Source of the DNA: Clostridia bacterium
GTDB taxonomy: Bacteria; Bacillota; Clostridia; Christensenellales; Aristaeellaceae
Assembly (NCBI GenBank): GCA_024404275.1
Contig: JAKSQG010000001.1
Coordinates: 3,851-36,839 of the forward strand
DNA: 32,989 nucleotides
Direction: 5' to 3'
In this document: in pieces, positions 26,139 through 32,989 of the stretch
How positions within the stretch are numbered: the stretch's first letter is position 1
Layout: each line of letters starts with the position of its first letter
Program-made: the position numbers and the translations under genes
The notes under the pieces: generated by a model
Database searches by the model: none
What the model saw: the letters and a program-made list of their open reading frames with translations, nothing else
Told to the model about the DNA's origin: nothing

Positions 26139-26798
26139 TCATTCCATGTCGCCGAGGTCCTCAGTCGCTTCCTCATTGCCAATCAGCAAAAGAACATCCC
26201 CGGGCTCCAGCTCGGTGTCGGCATTGATATCGGAAATCACGCGGTCCCCCCGGCGGATGGTCAGCAGTGTAACGCCGTAGCGCCGGCGGATGTTGATGGA
26301 GCCGATGCTCTTATGGCTCCACCCCGCAGGAACGCTTCGCTGCACCAACCGCAGGTCGCGGCCCAGTTCCCCCATATCCACAACATTCGGCCGCACCAGT
26401 TTGTTGGCAAGGCGCACCGCCATATCCCGCTCGGCATAGACCACACGATCCACCCCCAGCTTTTCCATCACTCTGGCATGCAATGCATCATTCACTTTGG
26501 CGATGACCATCGGCACACCGGCTTCCTTGCACTGCATGGCAATGAGCACAGAATCGCGGATGTTCTCGCCAATGGCAATGATCGCGACGTCAAACTGCTG
26601 CACCTCCAGCCGACGGAAAGAAGCTTCCTCGGTAGCATCCGCGCAGACAGCATTGGTCACAAAATCGCTGATCTCTTCCACGCTTTCCATGCGGCTGTCC
26701 ACCGCCAGCACTTCCTGATCCTGCTCTGCCAGTTCCCTGGCCAGCGAAGAACCGAAGCGGCCCAGACCGAAAACCACAAACTGCTTTTTGTTTTTCAT
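26139..26798 (-). CDS. trkA: Trk/Ktr potassium uptake system NAD-binding (RCK) subunit
   Basis: FVVFGLGRFGSSLARELAEQDQEVLAVD Rossmann motif plus a C-terminal RCK_C region. Start ATG 26798. Stop TGA. Confidence 0.88.
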   Translation of the reverse strand: MKNKKQFVVFGLGRFGSSLARELAEQDQEVLAVDSRMESVEEISDFVTNAVCADATEEASFRRLEVQQFDVAIIAIGENIRDSVLIAMQCKEAGVPMVIAKVNDALHARVMEKLGVDRVVYAERDMAVRLANKLVRPNVVDMGELGRDLRLVQRSVPAGWSHKSIGSINIRRRYGVTLLTIRRGDRVISDINADTELEPGDVLLLIGNEEATEDLGDME

Positions 26799-26805
26799 AG
26801 TCCCC

Positions 26806-28122
26806 TCATCCAATCAGAATATGCTCTTCAGGATAGTTCAGTCCTTTACTCTCCCGTTTGGGCGAGCCGCTGAGCAGCAGCATCACCGTCATGGGGCCGA
26901 CCCTGCCGATATACATCAGAGCCACCAGTAAAAGCCGTCCCGCCAAGGTAAAATGGGGTGTTCCGGAGGCAGTCAGACCCACAGTAAACAGGGCGGAGGC
27001 AGTTTCATACATCAAGTCGATCAGGCTGACACCACGGCCAGCCTCTGTGACCGTCATGACCAGCGTTGCCGTCAAAAGCAAAAACAGGTCCGCCATCACG
27101 ATACAAACAGCCGTGCGCACAGTGGTCAGCGAAAGCCGTCTTCCGAAAACGGTGATATCTCTTTGTGCCTTGACGGTGGAAACCACCACCAGAAGCAGCA
27201 TCAGCACCGTTGTCGTTTTGACACCGCCGCCCGTAGAAGCAGGAGAAGCACCGATGAACATGAGCACAATGCCGATCAGCTTGCTGCCATCGGTCAGTTC
27301 TCCCTGATCGATCATGCTGAAACCCGCCGTACGCGTGGTCACCGACTGAAACAGGGCATCCAGAATGCCGGTACCGGTGTAATTGCCCTCGAGCAGCAAA
27401 AACAGCACAAAGCCCACAAGCAGCAGGGCGCCGGTGGCAATCAGTACCAGTCGGGTATGCAGCTGCATCCGGCTGAAGTTGAAGTGCTGACGAACGGTAT
27501 CGGCCAGCACCGCGTAACCGATGCCGCCAAAGATGATCAGCAGGGACAGCACCAGTGTCATATAGGCACTGCCGTGAAAGATCGCCATCCCCCCGCTTTT
27601 GCCAAGCAGGTCAAAACCGGCGTTGCAGAAGGCGCTGACCGAATGAAAAACAGCATACCAGGCGCCGGTTGCCCAACCGAAGCGGGGCACAAACGCCGCC
27701 AGCAGCAGCAAAGCACCCACGCCCTCCACCGCCAGGGTCACACGCGCCATGCGCAGCATATCCCGCCAGGTGGCGGCAATGCCGTCCGCACCGGCGCTTT
27801 CACTGATCAGCATGCGGCTTTTCAGCGAAATACGGCGCCCCAGCGCTTTGAGTAAAAAGGTGGCAAACAGCATGAAGCCCAAGCCGCCCACTTGAATGAG
27901 CAGCAGAATGATGGCTTGTCCTGCCACAGTAAAGGCCGATGCTGTATCCAGTACGGTCAGACCCGTCACGCAGACCGCGGAGGTAGCGGTAAACAGGGCC
28001 TCCGGCAAACCGACGGGGGCAGTAACGCTGAAGGGCATCAGCAAAAGCAGCGTACCCAATATGATCAGCGCGGCAAAGCCCAGAGAAAGTACCTGCGCGG
28101 CATTCCATTGATGTTTTTTCAT
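26806..28122 (-). CDS. trkH: TrkH/KtrB-family potassium transporter membrane subunit
   Basis: Polytopic protein with repeated selectivity-filter-like motifs (CVTGL, CNAGF, RTAGF, FTVGL). Start ATG 28122 (MKKHQWNAAQ), because the track's longer start runs through the upstream terminator. Stop TGA. Confidence 0.88.
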   Translation of the reverse strand: MKKHQWNAAQVLSLGFAALIILGTLLLLMPFSVTAPVGLPEALFTATSAVCVTGLTVLDTASAFTVAGQAIILLLIQVGGLGFMLFATFLLKALGRRISLKSRMLISESAGADGIAATWRDMLRMARVTLAVEGVGALLLLAAFVPRFGWATGAWYAVFHSVSAFCNAGFDLLGKSGGMAIFHGSAYMTLVLSLLIIFGGIGYAVLADTVRQHFNFSRMQLHTRLVLIATGALLLVGFVLFLLLEGNYTGTGILDALFQSVTTRTAGFSMIDQGELTDGSKLIGIVLMFIGASPASTGGGVKTTTVLMLLLVVVSTVKAQRDITVFGRRLSLTTVRTAVCIVMADLFLLLTATLVMTVTEAGRGVSLIDLMYETASALFTVGLTASGTPHFTLAGRLLLVALMYIGRVGPMTVMLLLSGSPKRESKGLNYPEEHILIG

Positions 28123-28137
28123 GTTTATTATTACCGT

Positions 28138-28167
28138 AAAAAAGGCCATCCTTACGGATGGCCTTTT
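28138..28167 (-). terminator. Intrinsic terminator after the acidic zinc-ribbon gene
   Basis: AAAAGGCCATCC-TTAC-GGATGGCCTTTT, a 12-bp stem, followed on the minus strand by a T-run. Confidence 0.8.
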
Positions 28168-28180
28168 CATGGTCCGTCAA

Positions 28181-28597
28181 TCAGGCTTCAGGCTCATCCT
28201 CGCCGTCGGCGGGAAACAGGGGTTTTCCGCAGGCAGGGCAAAGATTTTCCTCTTCAAAATCAAAGCCGTCAATATCGAAGGTGACTTCGTTGCCGCAATG
28301 GGGGCAGGTGTATTCCACCACTTCGCCCTCTTCGTCTTCGTCATCCTCTTCATCGTCGTCGTCTTCATCTTCGTCATCCAGCAGCAGGTCTTCCATATCC
28401 GCCAGATCGTCGTCGATGCTTTCGACATACTCATTCAGCTCGTCGTAGTCCTTACGAAGCTCGGTCAGCTCATCGGCCATCTGCTCCAGCACATCCAGCG
28501 CCTTGAGGAACAGCTTGCCCTCGTTGGTTTCATCGCTGATCTTCATGCCTTCAGCCAGGCCCTTGAGATAGGCCACGCGGTCATTGATGCTGTTCAT
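28181..28597 (-). CDS. Acidic protein with N-terminal helical domain, poly-D/E tract and C-terminal zinc ribbon
   Basis: 138 aa with DDEDEDDDDEEDDEDEE followed by CPHC...CPAC. Located directly downstream of efp. Stop TGA. Confidence 0.65.
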   Translation of the reverse strand: MNSINDRVAYLKGLAEGMKISDETNEGKLFLKALDVLEQMADELTELRKDYDELNEYVESIDDDLADMEDLLLDDEDEDDDDEEDDEDEEGEVVEYTCPHCGNEVTFDIDGFDFEEENLCPACGKPLFPADGEDEPEA

Positions 28598-28607
28598 GGT
28601 TTACTCC

Positions 28608-29165
28608 TCAGGCTCTGGACAGATATTCGCCGGTGCGGGTATCGATCTTGATCTTGTCGCCGATGTTGATGAACAGGGGCACCTGCAGCTCATAGCCGGT
28701 CTCAACGGTGGCGGGCTTGAAGTTGTTGGTGGCGGTATCACCCTTGAAGCCGGGTTCGGTCTTGGTGATCTCCAGATCCACAAAGTTGGGAGCGGAAACG
28801 GAGAAGGCGCTGCCCTTGAAGAACATGATGGTCACGTTGGTGTTTTCCTTCACGTACTTGATGGCGTCTTCCACCTGGCTGTAGTTCAGGGGCATCTGCT
28901 CGAAGGTCTCGGGATCCATGAAGTAGTACAGCTCACCGTCGTTGTACAGGTATTCCATTTCCTTGGTCTCGATGACCGCTCTGGGGAACTTGGCGGTGGG
29001 GTTGAAAGAGGTTTCGACCACAGCACCGGTCATAACATTCTTCAGCTTGGTACGGACGAAAGCCGCACCCTTGCCGGGCTTAACATGCTGGAAATCAACG
29101 ATCGTCCAAACGCCGTTTTCCCATTCAACAGTAACGCCCTTTTTGATATCGCCAGCAGTAATCAT
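28608..29165 (-). CDS. efp: Translation elongation factor P
   Basis: 185 aa containing [17 protein letters not shown], with the modifiable Lys loop KPGKG. RBS GGAGGAATGAACA. Stop TGA. Confidence 0.96.
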   Translation of the reverse strand: MITAGDIKKGVTVEWENGVWTIVDFQHVKPGKGAAFVRTKLKNVMTGAVVETSFNPTAKFPRAVIETKEMEYLYNDGELYYFMDPETFEQMPLNYSQVEDAIKYVKENTNVTIMFFKGSAFSVSAPNFVDLEITKTEPGFKGDTATNNFKPATVETGYELQVPLFINIGDKIKIDTRTGEYLSRA

Positions 29166-29219
29166 TGTTCATTCCTCCATTAAATTGATTTCAGGGATTT
29201 ATTTGCAAAAGGACGGCGC

Positions 29220-30281
29220 TCACAGAACGCGCAGTTCCTTGGATGCACTGCACAGCGGACGACCGCCGTCTTCAGTAACGACACAGGTGTTCTCGATTCG
29301 GACACCGCCAAGACCGGGTACATAGATGCCGGGCTCAATGGTGATGATGTGACCGGGCTCCAGCACATCATTGCTTCTGGAGGAGACTCGGGGCTCCTCA
29401 TGGATATCAATGCCCACGCCATGGCCCAGGCTGTGACCAAAGCACTCACCGTAGCCGGCTTCGGCAATGATGTCACGGGCGATTTTATCCAGCTCACAGC
29501 CGGTCATGCCGGGCTTGATGGCCGCCTGAGATACTTCCTGCGCCTTCAATACGATCTCGTAGATGCGGCGCATCTCTTCCCCGGGCTGACCCACCGCCAC
29601 GGTACGGGTCATATCGGCGTCATAGCCGTGATAACGGGCGCCGAAATCCATGGTGACCATGTCACCGGCCTGCACCACACGGTCGCCGGGCACAGCGTGC
29701 GGCAGAGAGCCGTTTTCGCCGGAAGCCACGATGGTGTTGAACGCCAGCTTCTCAGAGCCGAGCGACAGCATTTTGTGATCCAGCTCCAGCTGAATCTGAC
29801 GCTCGGTCATGCCGGGACGAATGTACGTGCAGATGTACTCAAAGGCCTCGCAGGTCATCTCACAGGCACGTTCGATGCAGCGGAGCTCCTCGGCATCCTT
29901 CACGCGGCGCAGCTGCTCGGGCTTGAAATCCAGCGGAACAAACTCCACACCGGGCATATCGCGTTCCATGTCCTTCATGGCGCGCACGGTAATGATGTTG
30001 TCCTCGATCGCCAGCTTTTTGATGCCGGCCTGTTCCAGCAGTTCCATGGCCACCTTGACATGACCAACGCCGGGACGGATGGCATGAATCTTGAATTCGG
30101 GGCACTGCTTTTCGGCAGCCTCGACATAACGGAAGTCGGTGATGACGGCACGGATGCCCGCTGCGACCAGCAGCAGACCCTCGCCGGTATAACCGCTCAG
30201 ATAAAAAATGTTGGACGAATTGTGGATCAGGGCTGCCGTATCGCTGTCAAGCAGCGCCAGCAGGTTTTCGCTTCTGTCCAT
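29220..30281 (-). CDS. pepP: M24B Xaa-Pro aminopeptidase/dipeptidase
   Basis: 353 aa with pita-bread metal ligand context (DFGARYHGYDADMTRT, GHSLGHGVGIDIHE, TIEPGIY, VRIENT). Sits upstream of efp, a gene order I recall from other Firmicutes. Stop TGA. Confidence 0.88.
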   Translation of the reverse strand: MDRSENLLALLDSDTAALIHNSSNIFYLSGYTGEGLLLVAAGIRAVITDFRYVEAAEKQCPEFKIHAIRPGVGHVKVAMELLEQAGIKKLAIEDNIITVRAMKDMERDMPGVEFVPLDFKPEQLRRVKDAEELRCIERACEMTCEAFEYICTYIRPGMTERQIQLELDHKMLSLGSEKLAFNTIVASGENGSLPHAVPGDRVVQAGDMVTMDFGARYHGYDADMTRTVAVGQPGEEMRRIYEIVLKAQEVSQAAIKPGMTGCELDKIARDIIAEAGYGECFGHSLGHGVGIDIHEEPRVSSRSNDVLEPGHIITIEPGIYVPGLGGVRIENTCVVTEDGGRPLCSASKELRVL

Positions 30282-30346
30282 CTTTCTCCTCCAATACAGT
30301 CATTCAATAGATAACCTTTATGATTTTATCACAAAAATTCGCCGAA

Positions 30347-30379
30347 ATAAAGAGGCAATCTTACGTTTTGCCTCTTTAT
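30347..30379 (-). terminator. Hairpin downstream of dapF
   Basis: ATAAAGAGGCAA / TTGCCTCTTTAT, a 12-bp stem with a 9-nt loop. The minus-strand tail is ATTTCGGCGAATTTTT, followed by a TGaTAAAAT extended -10-like element for pepP. Confidence 0.5.
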
Positions 30380-30418
30380 CTGCAAAAAATCTTTAATTTT
30401 CTGCCTGTCGGATTGCTG

Positions 30419-31255
30419 TCAGCCGTTCCACTCGCCGTCAAAAACAAACTCCGCGGGTCCCTGCTGATAGACATGATTGTCCTCTCCGCTCCAGGTCACA
30501 CGCAGATTGCCGCCCGCGAGACGCACCTCGGCATTGCGGTCTGCATTGCCGCACAGCACCGCCGCCACCAGTGAGGCGCAGGCGCCCGTACCGCAAGCCA
30601 GCGTTTCCCCGCTGCCGCGTTCCCACACGCGCATCTGCAGCGTTCCGCGGTCAATGACGCGTACAAACTCCACATTGGTACGGTTGGGAAACAGCTCATG
30701 ATGTTCAAACACCGGTCCGATGGTCTCCAGGTCGAGCACCTCGGGATCGCGCACAAACATGACGCAATGGGGATTGCCCATGTTGACACAGGTCATGAAC
30801 CACAATTGACCCATCACCTGAATGCGCTGCTTAAGCACCATGTTGCCCGTCAGGTTCACGGGGATCTTTTCGGGGGTCAGCTCCGGCGTACCCATATCCA
30901 CACGAACGCTGAGTACCTTGCCGTTCTCGACCTCCAGACCGATGGAGCGGATGCCGCTCTTGGTATCGAGGTTGAACTCGGTCTCCTGCGTCAGACCGCG
31001 CTCGTACACATACTTGCCGATGCAGCGGCAGGCATTGCCGCACATTTCGGCTTCGCTGCCGTCCCGGTTGAAGATGCGCATGGCAAAGGGCGAAGTCTCG
31101 CCCGGCTCAATGAGCACGATGCCATCAGCGCCAACGCCGTAATGCTCGCGGCACATCTGCTTTGCCAGCGCGCCGGGATTGGGCACATACTGGTCGAAGC
31201 AGTTGATATACAGATAATCATTGCCGATGCCTTGCATTTTTGTAAAACGCAGCAT
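30419..31255 (-). CDS. dapF: Diaminopimelate epimerase
   Basis: 278 aa starting MLRFTKMQGIGNDY, with the two catalytic Cys contexts MCGNACRC and LACGTGACA. Stop TGA. Confidence 0.95.
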   Translation of the reverse strand: MLRFTKMQGIGNDYLYINCFDQYVPNPGALAKQMCREHYGVGADGIVLIEPGETSPFAMRIFNRDGSEAEMCGNACRCIGKYVYERGLTQETEFNLDTKSGIRSIGLEVENGKVLSVRVDMGTPELTPEKIPVNLTGNMVLKQRIQVMGQLWFMTCVNMGNPHCVMFVRDPEVLDLETIGPVFEHHELFPNRTNVEFVRVIDRGTLQMRVWERGSGETLACGTGACASLVAAVLCGNADRNAEVRLAGGNLRVTWSGEDNHVYQQGPAEFVFDGEWNG

Positions 31256-31279
31256 ATTATCTTCCGTCCTTCCGCGGCT

Positions 31280-32989
31280 TTACATTCTTTCGGGGGCTTC
31301 CATACCAATCAGGTACAAACCGGTCCTGATCACCGCACGCACGGCTTCCGTCAGCTGCACGCGGGCGGCAATCTCATTTTCGCCGCCGTCCAGAATACGG
31401 TGCTCGTAATAATACTTATTATAAGCCTTGGCCATCTCGGTCACCGCGCGGGTGATCATGAAGGGCTCGTTGGTACGGCAGGCGGCACGCACATCCTCGG
31501 GGAAGCGCACCAGCAGACGGATGATCGCCTGTGCTTCATCATCGCACAGCGCCGCATAATCGGGCTCGGCAGTCACTTCGCCGGCCTTGCGCAGCAGCGA
31601 GCAGCAGCGGGCGAAGGTATACTGGACATAAGGACCGGTCTCGCCTTCAAAGTTCAGCGCACGATCCCACCAGAAGTCGATGTCCTTGATGCGGCTGGCC
31701 GACAGATCGGAATAGACCACCGCGCCGATACCGACCTGACGGGCGACTTCGGCCTTATTTTCCAGTTTGGGATTCTTTTCCTCAATGATGGCCAGTGCCT
31801 TGTCCTGCGCGCGCTGCAGCAGCTCCTGCAGATAGACCACGTGCCCCTCGCGGGTGGAAAGCGTCTGTCCCTCGTAGCTGACCATGCCGAAGGCAACATG
31901 CTCCAGCTCGTCCTTCGCCCAGTCATAGCCCATCATTTCCAGTGTTTTGAACCACTGACGGAAATGCAGGTCCTGCTGATATGCCACGATATACAGCGCC
32001 TTGTCAAAGTTGTAGGTATCCTTGCGGTACAGCGCCGCGGCGATGTCGCGGGTGGCATACAGGGTAGCGCCGTCACGCTTCAGGATGAGGCAGGGCGGCA
32101 TCTTGTAGGCTTCCAGATTGACGATCTGCGCGCCGTCGGATTCCTCGAGCAGACCCTTATCCTTCAGTTCGTTGACCACACGGTCCATTTTATCATTATA
32201 GAAGCTCTCACCGGCATAGCTGTCAAACTTGACGCCCAGCATATCGTAGACCTTCATGGCATCGCGGAGGGTGACCTCCTTGAACCAGGTAAAGATCTCC
32301 ATGGCTTCGGCATCGCCGTCCTCGATCTTTTTGAACCAGGCACGGCCTTCATCCTCCAGCTCGGGATGCTCCTTGGCTTCCTCATGGAAACGGACATACA
32401 GGCGGGTCATGCCGTCCACGCCCTCACGTTCCACTTCTTCCTTGTTGCCCCAGTGCTTGTAGGCGCAGATCATTTTGCCAAACTGCGTTCCCCAGTCGCC
32501 CAGATGGTTGATGGAGACCGTCTTCCAGCCCAGGAAATCATAGATGCGGCACAGCGCGTTGCCGATCATGGTGGTGCTCAGATGACCGATGTGGAAGCGC
32601 TTGGCAATGTTGATGCTGGAATAATCCAGCACCACCGTGTGACCATTGCCCTCCGTGCCGCCGCCCCACTTTTCGGGCGCAGCCATGACAGCTCCCAGCG
32701 TTTCACGGGCAAAGTTGGCACGGTTCAGATAGAAGTTCAGATATCCGTTGACCGCCTGCGCGGTGCAGAAATCGGGATCATCGATCACAGACGCCAGCTT
32801 CTGGGCAATCATGGGAGGACCCATGCGCAGCGCTTTGGACAGCTTGAAGCAAGGGAAGGCATAGTCGCCCATTTTGCTGTCCGGCGGCACTTCCAGCACC
32901 GCGGCATAATCCAAACCGGTATCAACGCCGGCATACGCTTTTGCCACCGCATCACTTACCACAGCGGCAATCCTCTGTCTGATGTCCAT
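31280..32989 (-). CDS. argS: Arginine--tRNA ligase
   Basis: 569 aa with a HIGH-like FHIGHL motif, class I architecture and a C-terminal anticodon-binding domain ending GMEAPERM. The ATG is the last three bases of the window, so the upstream region is not visible. Stop TAA. Confidence 0.93.
   Translation of the reverse strand: MDIRQRIAAVVSDAVAKAYAGVDTGLDYAAVLEVPPDSKMGDYAFPCFKLSKALRMGPPMIAQKLASVIDDPDFCTAQAVNGYLNFYLNRANFARETLGAVMAAPEKWGGGTEGNGHTVVLDYSSINIAKRFHIGHLSTTMIGNALCRIYDFLGWKTVSINHLGDWGTQFGKMICAYKHWGNKEEVEREGVDGMTRLYVRFHEEAKEHPELEDEGRAWFKKIEDGDAEAMEIFTWFKEVTLRDAMKVYDMLGVKFDSYAGESFYNDKMDRVVNELKDKGLLEESDGAQIVNLEAYKMPPCLILKRDGATLYATRDIAAALYRKDTYNFDKALYIVAYQQDLHFRQWFKTLEMMGYDWAKDELEHVAFGMVSYEGQTLSTREGHVVYLQELLQRAQDKALAIIEEKNPKLENKAEVARQVGIGAVVYSDLSASRIKDIDFWWDRALNFEGETGPYVQYTFARCCSLLRKAGEVTAEPDYAALCDDEAQAIIRLLVRFPEDVRAACRTNEPFMITRAVTEMAKAYNKYYYEHRILDGGENEIAARVQLTEAVRAVIRTGLYLIGMEAPERM

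Noticed and set aside
28320-28400. Short tandem GA(T/C/A/G) triplet repetition resembling a microsatellite
   Set aside because: It is the coding sequence of the poly-Asp/Glu tract of the acidic zinc-ribbon protein, so it is in-frame and imperfect. The same applies to the Pro/Ala-rich ftsZ linker at about 15120-15330.
1-32989. Search for tRNA, rRNA, CRISPR repeats, IS elements, integrases or phage genes
   Set aside because: None seen. The intergenic spacers are short and are explained by promoters and terminators. No T-loop-like GGTTCGAATCC motif or repeat-spacer periodicity was noticed by eye, though a computational scan would be more reliable.

Overview
Moderately GC-rich bacterial chromosomal window with Firmicutes/Clostridia-like gene content and AGGAGG-type RBSs. 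It is almost fully coding: I call 30 CDS, 28 of them on the minus strand. From left to right: (i) an ADP-ribose-removal pair, an ARH-family hydrolase (3'-partial) and a macrodomain fused to an HTH-like domain; (ii) a LacI-controlled beta-glucoside/cellobiose locus with lacI-family regulator, solute-binding protein, two CUT1-type permeases, GH1 beta-glucosidase, a creatininase-family amidase and a divergent GH94 cellobiose phosphorylase, both divergent promoters carrying a GAAAACGTTTTC-type operator; (iii) MscS channel, a small hypothetical ORF and an SGNH hydrolase; (iv) a compact dcw cluster mraZ-ftsL-murE-mraY-murD-ftsQ-ftsA-ftsZ; (v) metallophosphoesterase, two acidic zinc-ribbon proteins, an esterase, trkA/trkH, efp, an M24 Xaa-Pro peptidase, dapF and argS. 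I found no rRNA, tRNA, CRISPR array, transposase or integrase. Main finding: five otherwise intact conserved genes (lacI-family, murD, murE, ftsL-like, metallophosphoesterase) each carry exactly one in-frame TAG, with conserved sequence continuing in the same frame. None of the 29 CDS 3' ends in the window uses TAG (13 TAA, 16 TGA). The simplest explanation is that UAG is read as a sense codon here, by reassignment or obligate amber suppression, rather than five independent pseudogenes. The family motifs suggest a Glu-like (or Gln) position. Secondary observations: an in-frame TGA 14 codons before the expected end of the esterase, an unusually reduced dcw cluster, an ABC permease with a roughly 335-aa N-terminal extension, and several regulatory hairpins and promoters.
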